The notes beneath the pieces were generated by a model that did no database searches, was not told where the DNA came from, and saw only the letters and a program-made list of their open reading frames with translations. The translations under genes and the position numbers were made by a program. Positions 1-12,400 of a stretch of 64,000 nucleotides of DNA are shown here, in pieces (the stretch's first letter is position 1; each line of letters starts with the position of its first letter). This DNA is from Podarcis filfolensis. Lineage: Eukaryota. The stretch is taken from the NCBI GenBank assembly GCA_964270895.1, contig OZ185447.1; one strand, written 5' to 3'.

Positions 1-1
1 C

Positions 2-250
2 GCCGGGCCAGCCTACGCGGCCATCATCGGCGCCATGTGCTGGCGTGCTCTGTCCCGCACGGAAGCCCAGCTGAGCACCTCGCTTGGCAGCGTGATCTTC
101 ATCGTGTCCGACCTGTTTGTCGTCCTCCATCACTTCTGCTCCTCTTCGCTGCCTCATGCCCGCTTCCTGATAATGAGCACCTACTTCACAGCCCAGGCTT
201 TGATTGCGGTGTCTGCGTCCTCCCGGAAGGTTTCTCAGAAGGAGAACTGA
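2..250 (+). CDS. TMEM86B: Last coding exon (5' partial) of lysoplasmalogenase TMEM86B, YhhN family
   Basis: Open frame from position 2: AGPAYAAIIGAMCWRALSR...GSVIFIVSDLFVVLHHF...LPHARFLIMSTYFTAQALIAVSA...KEN*. Matches the YhhN C-terminal motifs (LFxxSD, IMxTYyxAQ). Sits upstream of PTPRH and SYT5 as TMEM86B does in human. Confidence 0.85.
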   Translation, partial: AGPAYAAIIGAMCWRALSRTEAQLSTSLGSVIFIVSDLFVVLHHFCSSSLPHARFLIMSTYFTAQALIAVSASSRKVSQKEN

Positions 251-582
251 GCGCAGGACTTGGACTGCTGTCGAGTTTCAACCATTTTGTGTGCAGGAGA
301 GAGGACTGCAGGCATCCGACCTCCCGACTCCTCCTGAGTTCAGCTATAACTTTCTAGGCTCTGTCCTTCCTCTCAGGAGCTCAAGTCTCTTCCCTTCCCC
401 CAAATCAATTTTGCTTTCTCATCTCTTCCCTTCATGCACTTTCTCCAAAGCAGTGGAAAGTAGTTTGTTTATAGTAAAGCAATAAGCTTTCACACTATAA
501 TGCAGGGTGTTTGCAGATCTACAAGTACATTCAATAGCGACAGCTTAGCATGAAAAGCAAAAGCAAGATGGGGGTGGGAATA

Positions 583-1049
583 CAGTGGTACCTCAGGTTA
601 AGAATTTAATTTGTTCTTGTTATGTACTGAAGTTCTCACCCTGGGCTAGATAGTTATGCAAATAAGGGATCGAAAGTGACATTCAGTGATTGGATAGTTT
701 TAGAAAATTGATACAGTTACATTGTACTGGAGCTCTATATAAGCAGGCTGACTGAACCCTTCAGTTCAGTTCTGTCCTGGCCTGTGAATAAACAAGAGCT
801 GTTTGAAGAATCGCTGTGTCGTCTGATATGTTCACCCACAACTTAACAGTTCTGGAGGTCCGTTCTTAACCTGAAACTGTTCTTAACCTGAGGTACCACT
901 TTAGCTAATGGGGCCTCCCGCTGCCGCCGCACGATTTCTGTTCTCATCCTGAAGCAAAGTTCTTAACCCGAGGTACTATTTCTGGGTTTGCGGAGTCTGT
1001 AACCTGAAGTGTCTGTAACTTGAAGCGTCTGTAACCCGAGGTACCACTG
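583..1049. mobile_element. Tc1/mariner-pogo (Tigger-like) MITE interrupted by a solo LTR
   Basis: TIRs CAGTGGTACCTCAGGTTA / TAACCCGAGGTACCACTG with TA on both sides (581-582, 1050-1051). Four further copies lie in the window. Confidence 0.85.
618..848 (+). mobile_element. Solo LTR (231 bp)
   Basis: TGTTA...TAACA termini; perfect 5-bp TSD GTTCT (613-617, 849-853); TATATAAG near 736; AATAAA at 787-792. Confidence 0.85.
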
Positions 1050-1250
1050 TAAAGGGAAATGAACCCAGATAATACCTGCTCTCTCCATGCCACAATCTGC
1101 TACTCTCGGGGCCAAGAATCATATATGAGGGGAGGTGTCATTTAGCATGTCACAGACCCATGGAAATCAGTTAGGTCCGTTAATTTCAATGGATCTGTAC
1201 TGAGTAGAACTAATCCCAGATACAACCCTTGGTTTACAACAACCACACTA

Positions 1251-1337
1251 GGATAATACCTTTTGGGACCGACTGGAATGTCACAAAATAGTGTGCAAGC
1301 TTCTCAGTTCTCCTGTCTCGTCTTCAGTTTAGATGAC
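1251..1337 (-). mobile_element. Probable Penelope-like element end with degenerate hammerhead core
   Basis: Minus strand reads CTGAAGA-spacer-GAGAAGCTTGC...AAAAGGTATTATCC, resembling a minimal PLE hammerhead and tail; the GAAA core is mutated. Confidence 0.35.
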
Positions 1338-1422
1338 GAGCAAAACAACAAGTTGGGGGAAGGTTAAGGGAAACGGACAGAGCTTGTCATGATTCTGAAA
1401 GCCATACTGAAGACTTCTCTTC

Positions 1423-1945
1423 TTTTTTTAAAAAAAAATTTATTCAAAGTTATAACAAAACATATTTTCCAAAAACATATCCTTATCCCCCCCATTTTTC
1501 CTCCCCCCCACCCCCCGACTTCCCTCAGTTCCAGTCTTTGGTTTCTCCAATAATGCTATTTTCTGCATATTACAGGGTTGTATAGATCCTTCAACTGTTT
1601 AGCTAATTACTATCAGTAAAAAAAATTGTGGATGTTTATTCAAAACCTGCCAAGGAGTCCAGTTCGCTTTGTTGCGTCTTCAAATACTTTGTGAAAGGTT
1701 CCCATTCATCCTTAAAGTCACAGTTATCCTTGTCCCGTAGCTTATGTGTCAATTTTGCCAGTTCTGCATAATCCATCAATTTTTCTTGCCATGATTCTTT
1801 AGTTGGGATTTCTTCAGTCTTCCATCCTTGTGCTACCAGAACTCTTGCGGCCGTTGTCGCATACATGAAGATGTTTTTCAGCTTTTTTCAGACTTCTTTG
1901 TCCAGCTTTGCTTCTCCACCAACACCCCGCAGCCTCTTTTTTAGT
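1423..1945 (-). mobile_element. 5'-truncated L1/Tx1-type LINE 3' end (ORF2 C-terminus, 3'UTR, A-tail)
   Basis: ORF 1636-1866 (-) MYATTAARVLVAQGWKTEEIPTKESWQEKLMDYAELAKLT resembles the ORF2 C-terminus of reptile L1; T-run at 1423-1429. Confidence 0.7.
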
Positions 1946-2021
1946 GTGAAGAAGAGTTATTGAAAACAGAAAAGCTTGCTCACTCTTTCAGTCAATTCTA
2001 ATAAAGGCATTGCCCTACCTA

Positions 2022-2377
2022 GGTACCCCTGCCCGTACGGGCCAGTCGTGTCCGACTCTAGGGTTGTGCGCTCATCTCACTTAAGAGGCCGGGAGCCAGC
2101 GCGGTCCGAAGACACTTCCGGGCCACGTGGCCAGTGTGACGAAGCTGCTCTGGCAAGCCAGCACCAGCACAGCACACGGAAATGCCGTTTACCTTCCCGC
2201 TATAAAGCGGTACCTATTTATCTACTTGCACTTAGGGGTGCTTTCGAACTGCTAGGTGGGCAGGAGCTGGGACCGAAAGACGGGAGCTCACCCCGCCGCG
2301 GGGATTCAAACCGCCGACCATGCGATCGGCAAGCCCTAGGCGCTGAGGTTTTACCCACAGCGCCACCCGCGTCCCAG
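2022..2377 (-). mobile_element. Sauria-type SINE, full length
   Basis: Minus strand starts GGGACGCGGGTGGCGCTGTGG with B-box GGTTTGAATCC; Bov-B-like 3' part; 13-bp TSD ATTGCCCTACCTA (2009-2021, 2378-2390). Confidence 0.85.
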
Positions 2378-3002
2378 ATTGCCCTACCTACTGTGTCTTA
2401 ATGTAGATCAGGCTTATGTTCACAAGACCTTTTACTCTGCATCCAGTGAGCTCCTACTGCTAGATTTTGAAGTCATATTCACGCGACATTAGCCATATTG
2501 ATCCTGTACTTTATTAAAATAAATACTGCTGTTTGATACATATTTCCTCCTTCAAACCAGTTTCAATTCAACTACAAAACTGGATGCGGAGTAAGCAGTG
2601 AATGTACCCTAGCATGCCAGCTTCATGAATACAAGTTCTGGGGGTTGTGCGGTTGTAGGAGCAGGGAAACCAAAAAAGTCATGTGTGGAGGATGAAGACA
2701 CCTATGCCCCTTATCTGATGCGAGGCGGGGGGGACTGACCTTGCTGTGTTTTAGGCCTCTAATGCAAACAGACTCCACCTCTGCCTAACCGGCGTCCACC
2801 CAGATATTGTTGAACTACAACCCCCATCCTCTCCGATGCTTGCCCATGCTGGCTAGGTCTGATGAAAGTTGCTGTCCACAACACCTGGAGAGCCACAGGT
2901 CAGCCCCCCCCCCCGGTTTAGGTGTTGAAACAGCAACCTGGGCTACTTTTAAAAACCAACATATTTATCCACTTTATTTTAAGGGGGCCCTGTGGTGATC
3001 CA

Positions 3003-3142
3003 GATCATAGAAATGTAGACTTGGAAGGGACCACGGGGGTCATCTAGTCCAACCCCATGCAAAGAATCTTTTTGCCCAACGTGGGACTCGAACCCACAAC
3101 CTTGAGATGAAGAGTCTCGTGCTCTTACCAATTGAACTATCC
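3003..3142 (-). mobile_element. tRNA-Lys(CTT)-headed SINE with CR1-like tail
   Basis: Minus strand: tRNA-Lys-like head (...GACTCTTCATCTCAAGGTTGTGGGTTCGAGTCCCACGTTGGGC) fused to TTGGACTAGATGACC...CCCTTCCAAGTCTAC...CTATGAT. Confidence 0.75.
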
Positions 3143-3429
3143 CATCCCAGTTATTGAACTATCCCTCCAAGTCTGGGCAAAATAATGGGGAGCTGTTTGC
3201 CCAGTGGGTTGCTGCTGGTGGTTTTGCCGCTGGCTGATTCACTTCCTCCTGAGTTGTGGGTGTGGAAGGAGGAGGGGACAAAGCCGTCTGCCCAGCCAAA
3301 AGGGAACAGGTGCCACAGCAGGTAGAAAGGAAGATCAGGAAGAGAGTGGCCAAAGGCGCATGGTGTCGGGATGCTAACTCCCTTCTGGGGGAGCTGGGGA
3401 TCATTTTCAACCCTGGGGCCTGTTAGCTG

Positions 3430-3480
3430 ATGGCATCTTGCATGCTACGCCCAAGAGGAGGTTGGCTGCCCTTGCTGCTG
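3430..3480 (+). CDS. PTPRH: PTPRH exon 1 ([17 protein letters not shown])
   Basis: ATG at 3430, 17 codons, donor GTAAGT at 3481, phase 0; start of signal peptide. Confidence 0.8.
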
Positions 3481-6400
3481 GTAAGTGGATTTTAAAACAA
3501 AAGCAAACCCAAACCCAAACCCAAACCCATTCCCCCTACTCAGCTGTTTCCTCATCCCTAGCGTTGGTTGTGCCTCCCTGGTAAAGGAAGAATCCCTGGA
3601 TATAGACCCACTGCATACCAGAAGTGGCTGCAGCAGTATGGTGTAGTGGTTAGAGCGAAAGGCTAGTATCTGGGAGACCAGGTTCGAATTCCCACTCAGC
3701 AGTGAAGCTCACTGGGTGGCCCTGAGCCAGTCACTGCCTCTCAGCCTAACCTACCTCACAGGGTTGTTGTGGAGACTAAATGAGGAGGGGGATAACCATA
3801 TACGCCACCTTGAGCTCCTTGGAGGAAAAGGTGGGATATTAATGCAACAAACAAACAAACACAGGAATCTGGCTTATACTGAGTCAGACCATTGTTCATC
3901 TAAGTAGTGTGCACACCAGATAACAGCACCTTTCTATGGTTTCAGGCAGGGTTCTCTGGTGGCCTTATCAGTGCTGATGCTGAACCTGGGACCCTTTACA
4001 TGCAAAGCAGGTGCTGTACCCCTGAGCTATGGCTCTACCCCAATCTAAGGCTGGCGTAGGCATCATCTTGCCCACACCCAGCAAGACACAACACAAAAGG
4101 AAAACATGTTTGGGAGGGAGGAGGAAATACTCAGCCACTAGTTCTTAGTCTTGTTCTTGAATGTGGGGCCGCCGAAGCAGCTAGTTTAAGAGCCAAACTA
4201 GACACAGCATTTGATTGTGTAAATGCCATCAATGCAGTTAACTTGGCTGGAGAACTGGATTGTAAAAATGGAGTGATGTGAATTTTGGAGGATGCCGGCG
4301 TTTCAGTTCACGTATTGTTCTGGAAAGCACAAATTCAGTAGTTTGTGCCTTTAAATGCAAACTGAATCTCATTTCTTCCCTATCCCTAGACTCTCAACAT
4401 TTTAACTTCTGTTCTGTAGCTGAGAACAGAACTGGAATATTGGCAGGGCAGGATCAGGAGGTAGTTGAGGATGGCACACAAAGAGGAGTGGGTATGTTAG
4501 AGGAAAATTAACGTAATGGGAAAGTCATTCTTTGCAATTCAAAAAATGACAGGACAGAGTCCATTAGCACCGCAAAGTGATTGACTGATGCACATATACA
4601 AATATCCACATTTTTCCAAAACCATTTTCAAAAATGCATTTTTGTATGTCATTTTCACAAATATATGCACAATAAAATATATAGGATTTTAAAATCTTGC
4701 ACCATTCCAGGTTCCAGTGTGTTTCAAAGGTATCTGTTCGTCAGAAGGAATTTCAAATACAGTAATATCCTTAGATTCAATCCTTGCATAGAAAAACTAA
4801 GAGACAAGCATTTTCCACACAGCTGTTTATGTAAAAATGGCAAGATGTTTTAAAGGGCATGTTTCATTATTATTATTTAACCCAGCCAAGGTTTTACTTT
4901 TTAATCTAAATCTGATGAATTATTGCATAGACCACTATACTATTACTGTAGATATATTTTAGATTGGCTTGGGGAATCAGTTGTGTTAGTTAATCCAAGA
5001 CAGAGATTGTATTTCTGGCGAAATGTTTGACTTTACATTATTCTTCTATGGGCTAAGAGTATTTGCGTGAGTTTGTTGGTGAAACAGCCTGGGGGAGACT
5101 GAGGGACATTGAAGATTTCTGATAGTATTGCATGTATGTCTTTGTACTACCAACCTTCACACTGTCATTTGGGATTTAATTGTTTTTATTGCAAACACCA
5201 CCTATTCACCAAACCACCAGATGCTCAAATACACCTGTACAGCAGGTTACAGGTGTGCATCTGTGTATTGGCTGTGAGGTGTATGTTATGTGACAGGAAT
5301 GGTGGAAGGGGACTCTAAAGGAGTTGTTACGTTGCTCAGCCCTGAGGACATTGTATTGATTAACATTGATCAATGAGGGCTAGAAACCTGTGTTTCGTTT
5401 TCAGCAGGCACAGTGCATCTCCCAAAGCCACATTCAAGCTCTTTAGCCCTGCTGAGGTGTTACTTTTCTGCAGTTAGTGGAAACTGGAATGAAAATGGAA
5501 ATTTTCCAGATAGCAGATCATGTACTGTGATATTATCCAGCAATGCTCTGTGACCAAGACCTGTCTATAACGTTTTCTTAAAAAGAAAACAAGGGCCATT
5601 CAGCAAAAGTCCCTGGGCAGCTTCAGTTAGAGGTTTGCTGCAGGCTAGACAATTGCTAGAGACATGTATTTGGCATTCCTGGTACAAAACCTAAAGGCCG
5701 AAGGCAGCAAAGAAGTGATATAATCGGCACCTTCGCATATTGGAAGGGCTGCCTGGCAGATGATGATGTGCCCAATTAATTGTCTCTTGTGCCACAGCAG
5801 GGATGATGGGGAACATCTGATCGATGTGCCATATCTGACCTGCCAGGCCTCCCCAATGCCCCCCCCAAGTCACCTGCCCCACACCATTTGTGATGTCAGG
5901 TGTGGGGCAATCAGAGATGCAGTTCATCCCTGCAGAAGGCAGGATTGAACTCCTGCTGTACCACCGAGCTATGCCCTTTCCCCTTACGCAGGGATGCCCA
6001 CAGTCTCGGCTCGCAGGCTGGAGTTTAGAAAGCAGCCATTGCTGGGCTGCTGATCCTGACCAGACCACAAGATTTGGGTTTTGTGAAAGGCACCCACGTC
6101 ACCACCAGCTGCTCATGCCCTCCAACTTGCACGCTTTGGGGATATATTCCAGCACAAGAGGTACAGTGAGCTGGCTTTTTGCTCTCTCCTTTAAGCAGAA
6201 ACCAGCTGAAACGCTGGTGGATGGTCTTTATTGCAGACTTAAAGCTGCAATCCTAAGCACCATTACTTGGAAGTAAGTCCCATTGAACCAATGGGGCATG
6301 CTCCTGAGTAAACATATTCCGGGTGCCAGACTTTGCAAGGTGTTATGTACTGAGTTGAATAGGATCCAAAATGCAGCAGTCTGATTGGTCCTAGAACAAT

Positions 6401-9400
6401 AGGATCCAGAATGCAGCAGTCTGATTGGTCCACAGGAGCCACCCAATCCAACTCCAGGTGGAAGTGAATCCACAGCCTGATTGGCCTATAGGAGAATCCC
6501 GGAATTAGCCAATCACGTGGGGCCCATTGTGTAAATAATGTATATAAAGCAGATGTTTCGGGGGAACTGGCATTCCTCACTACTATGAGCTGAATAAAGA
6601 GCATGAAATCCACACTCAACTCTAAGTATATTTCACCGGATCTATTTATTTATTAGATTTCTATCCCCCCTTTTCCACCAAGGACCTCAAGGTGCTGTAT
6701 GTCTCTCTCCCCCCCCCCCATTTTCTCCTCACAACAACCCTGTGAGGTAGGTTAGGCTGAGAGACAGTGACTGGCTCAAGGTCACCCAGCGAACTTCGTG
6801 TCTGGGTGGGGATTTGAATCTTGAGCTCCCAGGTCACAGTCCAACACTCTAACCACAATAATACACAGGTTTTGACATCTAATCCCATTCAAAGTACATA
6901 GCAAACTGCTTGGGAAAAGATAGCATTGGGGGGGGAATGATGCAAGCTTTTGTGCTACACAGGACTCTTCCTCGGGATGGATATTTAGGGTGGGGAAGAG
7001 TGAAAGGAGAAGAAAACAGTCCATAGTGTTTACTCAACTATAGCAATATAATCTTTACCCAGACTTCTCTGTCGCCATATGGTGACAGGGCCCCTGGACA
7101 AAGCAGTAAATGCAAATATTCCCCTTGGAAATGCAAAACAGTTTTTGAACAAACCCTAGTGTGTTTAGCACAACCTGGGCTTCACAGATCACTTGGAAGG
7201 TGCAGCGTGCGTGTTATCAGATAGGATCAGGGAGTGACAAATATTTTATGTCCTCTACAGGCGTGTTTGGATTTTTGACTGAGTGCAGAAGGTGCCACTC
7301 TATCTGGGTAAATTTCCTCCCCTGGATCAGTCCCTGCTCGCTCTCCAAGAGACAGAAAGCCTGCACATTAAGACTTCCCTTTCCCCAATGGCTCTGGGTA
7401 AAGGTTGGATCCCGCAGAATGGATCTGAGCCTTGAAAAGTAAACAGACAGAGCTGGAAGAGGAAGTGGGGAAAGAGCACAACTCTTCCAACTTCCTCCTC
7501 CAGCTCTATGGGCTTTTCAAAAAAGAAGGAACCGAGCCTCGTTGTGACCAAGGGGGCAGTGAGACAGGGGCCCTAGAATGCTTATGGAAGTGAGAGCTGG
7601 ACCATAAAGAAGGCTGATTGCCAAAGAATTGATGCTTTTGAATTATGGTGCAGGAGACTCTTGAGAGTCCCATGGACTGCAAGAAGACCAAACCTATCAA
7701 TTCTGAAGGAAATCAGCCCTGAGTGCTCACTGGAAGGACAGATCATGAAGCTGAGGCTCCAATACTTTGGCCACCTCATGAGAAGAGAAGACTCCCTGGA
7801 AAAGACCCTGATGTTGGGAAAGATGGAGGGCACAAGGAGAAGGGGACGGCAGAGGACGAGATGGTTGGATGGTGTTCTCAAACTTACCAACATGGGGAGG
7901 CAGTGGAAGACAAGAGTGCCTGGTGTGCTCTGGTCCAGGGGGTCACGAAGTGTCGGACACGACTAAACGACTAAACAACAACAACCAGGGGAAAACCCGC
8001 TCCTTCCCACAGTACCATTGCACCCATGGGTGGCATGTTGGCAACTCCAACTATAGGAAAACATTAGAATCTGAGGCTGTGTACACACCATGCATTTAAA
8101 GCAGATGGCTTCCCCCAGAGAATGCTGGGAAATGTAGTTTACTGCTCACAGAACTACAACCCCCAGCACCCTTAACAAACAACTGTTCTCAGGATTCCAG
8201 ATTGGGGTGGCGACAGATGTGCTTTAAATACACGTCGCCTTAGAAAGCTGGAGATAATGTTGAAAAGCATGAGGTGGAGACAGGGAACCGGGCAGCCGAA
8301 GCCGCAACATAGCTCAGTCAGTAAAGCATGAGGCTCTGAATCTCAGAGTTGTGGGTCTGAGCTCCACGTTGGGCAAAAGATTCTTGCATCGCAGGGGGTT
8401 GGACTAGATGACCCTCATGGTCCCTTCCATCTCTGATAATTCTATGAAAGTCCAGCCTGATGGGGTTTTTGAAGACGTTGCTCTGAAATGCATGAGGAAT
8501 AACTCGTACAGGCATCCTACCGATAACGTGAGCAAGGTTAAACGGTGTTCATGGGAATCACAGTACCAACATTTGTGAGCAAGGCCTTCTGGGAATTAAA
8601 AAAAGCCTACATCTTTCACATTACGCCTTTTCCCCTGCCAGGTGCTGCTGCTGCTGCTCCTTCAGCCTGGACAACACAGTGAGTTGCTTCTATGATGATA
8701 GCCAACATTTTTATGTCGGTTTTGTGTGTGTCTTTAGCTTTGCAAGGAAATTCAGCAGGTGCAACTTTCTCCAACGTGGAGATGCAGCAATGGGGAGGGG
8801 TGCACCTGTTGAAATATTGCCTGCCTGAAAGCTGATGTAAAGGTACTGAAGCGTAGGTGATTACAAGAAAGCATTTTACTGCATGACTACATTTGATGAG
8901 TGCTAAAATCCTCTTCACTGCAAGGCAGGGCGATACGGAAGAGTAGCTACCTCTGAACTCACCAGAGGTCAGTGTTCAACCAGCCCTAAATATATATTTT
9001 TGGACTACAACTCCCATCACCCCTGACTAAACTGGCCAAGGATGATGGGAGTTGTAGTCCAACAACACCTGTGGACTCAAGGTCAAAGAACACTGGTTTA
9101 GATGGACCCTGAAGGGCAAACAGTGCCTTACGTAGAAGTTCATGTAAAGGTGGCTCAACAGCCATTTTCCATGTTGAGAACCCCGATTTGAGAGGAGGGG
9201 AATTTGAGAGGGCACTTAACCCTTTCACCACCAGTTGTCCCCCAGCTCCAATGTGCCCCTACCCCATGGTTTCCCACCATAGGGTTTCCAGACTGTTTGG
9301 AGGGATGAGAGCCTAGTGTGAGAAGGGACAAGTGGGGAAACAAAAGAAGTAAGGGCAAGTTAGTCCCAGCATCCTAGTGACTAAACTACACGATGGCCAT

Positions 9401-12400
9401 TAGCAAAGATGGCTTTTGGAAAGGATCAGATAAATTCACGGAGGAATATAGGAATTTTGCCTTATATTGAATCAGACCACGGGTCCACCTTGCTTGGAAT
9501 TGTCTTCAGTGACCAGCAGTGACTCTCTTAAGATTTCAGACTTTCGCAGGCTTACTTGTAGATGCCTGGAAGTGAACCTTCCTGCTGAACTGCAGCCTCA
9601 TTCGCAAGTAGAGGATCAGTCTATCAATGCCCACCAGCCAGCGTAGACAGAATAGAGCCTCCATGTTCAAAGGCAGTGTGCTGTTGACTAATACCAGTTT
9701 CTGGGAACAAACATAAAGAAGGTTGCTGTTGCCTTCGTGCCTGGACAGTGGGTTTCCTTGAGGTTTCCAGTTGGCCCCAGCTATAAATAGGATTCTGGGA
9801 CTCTAATCCAATCCAGCAGGGCTCTTCTTGCTTTATTAAAAGTATTTTGATGAAACAGCCTCCTTCCTTGGGTTGAAAGAGAGTCATTTTGGCACAGCTT
9901 GCTACCAATTTGTTTCTATGCCTGCTTGGTTTCGTCTCTTGCACTTTCTGGAGAATCTGTGTCTTTGTGTGCATGAGGGTCTGTTAGTTTCAGATGCAAT
10001 TCTGTATATTTTATTCACAAACTGAATAATCCATAATGGAGATTCAATTTTCTGCATACTTGCCTCTTCCCCCTCTGTCTCACATCTCCAAAACAGGCAA
10101 AAATAAAGAATCCACAACTACTACAAAGCCGTCCACAACAACTGCAGGTAAGTAGAATAACAACCTTTCTCTGGGCTTCTGATGTTGCCTCTTCTTGGAG
10201 TGGATTAATCTGAGATTAACTCAATATCTTCTGAAGCAGGAAGACGAGGAGCTGGTTAATGCCGAATCAGATTATTGATCCATCTAGCTCTAGCTCATGG
10301 GTAGGCAAACTAAGGCCCAGGGACCGGATCCGGCCCAATCGCCTTCTAAAACCGGACCGGGGACAGTCCGGGAATCAGTGTGATTTTACATGAGTAGAAC
10401 GTGTCCTTTGATTTAAAATGCATCTCTGAGCTATTTGTGGAGCCTGCCTGGTGTTTTACATGAGTAGAATGTGTGCTTTTATTTAAAATGCATCTCTGGA
10501 TTATTTGTGGGGCATAGGGATTCGTTCATATTTTTTTTCAAAATATAGTCCGGCCCCCCACAAGGTCTGAGGGACAGTGGACCGGCCCATAGCTGTCAAC
10601 TTTTCCCTTTTCTTGCGAGGAATCCTATTCAGAATAAGGGAATTTCCCTTTAAAAAAGGGAAATGTTGACAGCTATGGGCCACCCCCCTGCTGAAAAAGT
10701 TTGCTGACCCCTGAAATTTCTAGCTCATTTGTATTGAAACTGGTTGGCAGCTGGTCTGTTCCGGGGTTTCACGCAATGTACTTCCTCTATACAGAACAGG
10801 AGAGAAACATGTGGCCCTCCAGATAATGCGAAACTATTGCTCGCATCATCCCTGGCCATTGGCCATGCTTGCTGGGGCTGATGGGAGCTGTAATTCACCA
10901 ACATCTGGAGGGCCGAAGGTTCCCAGCACCTTGTTTACAGGGACTGGCAGCTCTCCAGGACTTTAGACAGACACCTCTCCCTCTGAAGCCTACCTGCAGA
11001 TGTCGGGGATTGAACCTGAGTCCTTCTGCATGCCTAGCAGGTGTTCTACCAATGAGCTACGACATTTCCCCTAAATACTGGCCTGGATCGAGGAGCGGAT
11101 CTGCCACAAACATTAGAAGCTCAATGTCGGAGCTGGTTCAGCTGCAGGTCAGAAAAGAGACTCAAAGACGAGCGGTAAAGTTGATTCTTTATTCATGGAA
11201 TCAGAATACAAACAGAAACCTATGAGCAAGACTGGCCCCAGTAAAGCTGATGCCAAAACTGATTATATGGGTCTTTCGCTTTCCCCTAAGTCTCCTCCCC
11301 AGCAGTCTTAAGCTCCATCGGGGAAGGTCCCTCTGTGCTCTTTGCTCTGCAACCTGCAAAGCCCTCCATGCCCTTGGAGACAAGAGAGAAGTGTGGGAAT
11401 GCTCAGGGAGGCAGGAGAGGATATATTGTTTATTAATATCTTTCCTAACTTGCGCTGGCAAGTTCTATAACTTAGCAGAGTTTTACATTCCCCTTTTAAA
11501 CGCACAGCAGATAGCTGGTTGCAGGCTTGTTTAAGCCTCTCAATATTAGATTCCTGGTAAGTTCCCTTCTATCCCTCTTCAAAGAATAAACATGCCACAA
11601 TCTTGTGTAAAGTATATAACAGAAGTTTACTCACATCATCAATTCACAGTTGGATCCCTGAAGGCAGACTTAGTTACAAAGTATATATATACATGTGGAT
11701 CTATCCCATATGGAGATAATCCCAGTGTCCTCTGTTGGCTGAGAGCCAACAGAGCAATTCTAGCTAAAAGCTGCTCTGACAACGGAGGAGAGAGAGTGTG
11801 CTGCATGACTTGCCCTTTTGTTTCCTGGACAAGTAAGGTAACACCCACCTCTAGTCACATGCAAAAGGAAGTATGTCCCAGCCAGGAAGAAACAGCAATT
11901 TTCAACTGGCTGGACCAAACCTTCCCCCGCAAGTCCACTCTAGGAAAACAAGGAATATTGTACTTGACTTCACATCCCACAAGAAGGAGAGCTGAATACA
12001 GTAGGACCAGGCGGGGCTAACACCTTAAACTAGCTCTCCAACCACCTTGGTATCCTCCAGATTCTGTTGTTGGACTCCAATTCCCATCAGCCCCAGCCTG
12101 CACAGCTATTGGTCAGGGACGATGGGAGCTGCAGTCAAACAAGTGTCTGGCGGACACCACACTGGGGAAAGGCTTCTCTAACCCCTGCCTTCATTTCGTT
12201 GCCGCCACAGATCCCTGCAAATACCCCAGGGAAGTCGGTGGAAACTTTGTCGTTGTGTACTGTCCCTTGGATAATGCAAATGTCACAGAAGTTTTCAGAA
12301 GACCAGAGGTGATGGACCAGGATCTAGGCTGCCTCAACAGCACCAGCCTTCCCACTCAGTGCCAACAGCATGTGATCCTGGATAAAAACTGTTCCTCACT

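Noticed and set aside
5700-5900. Possible extra PTPRH exon in intron 1
   Set aside because: The adjacent sequence resembles decayed CR1, and no frame fits the phase 0 join of exons 1 and 2.
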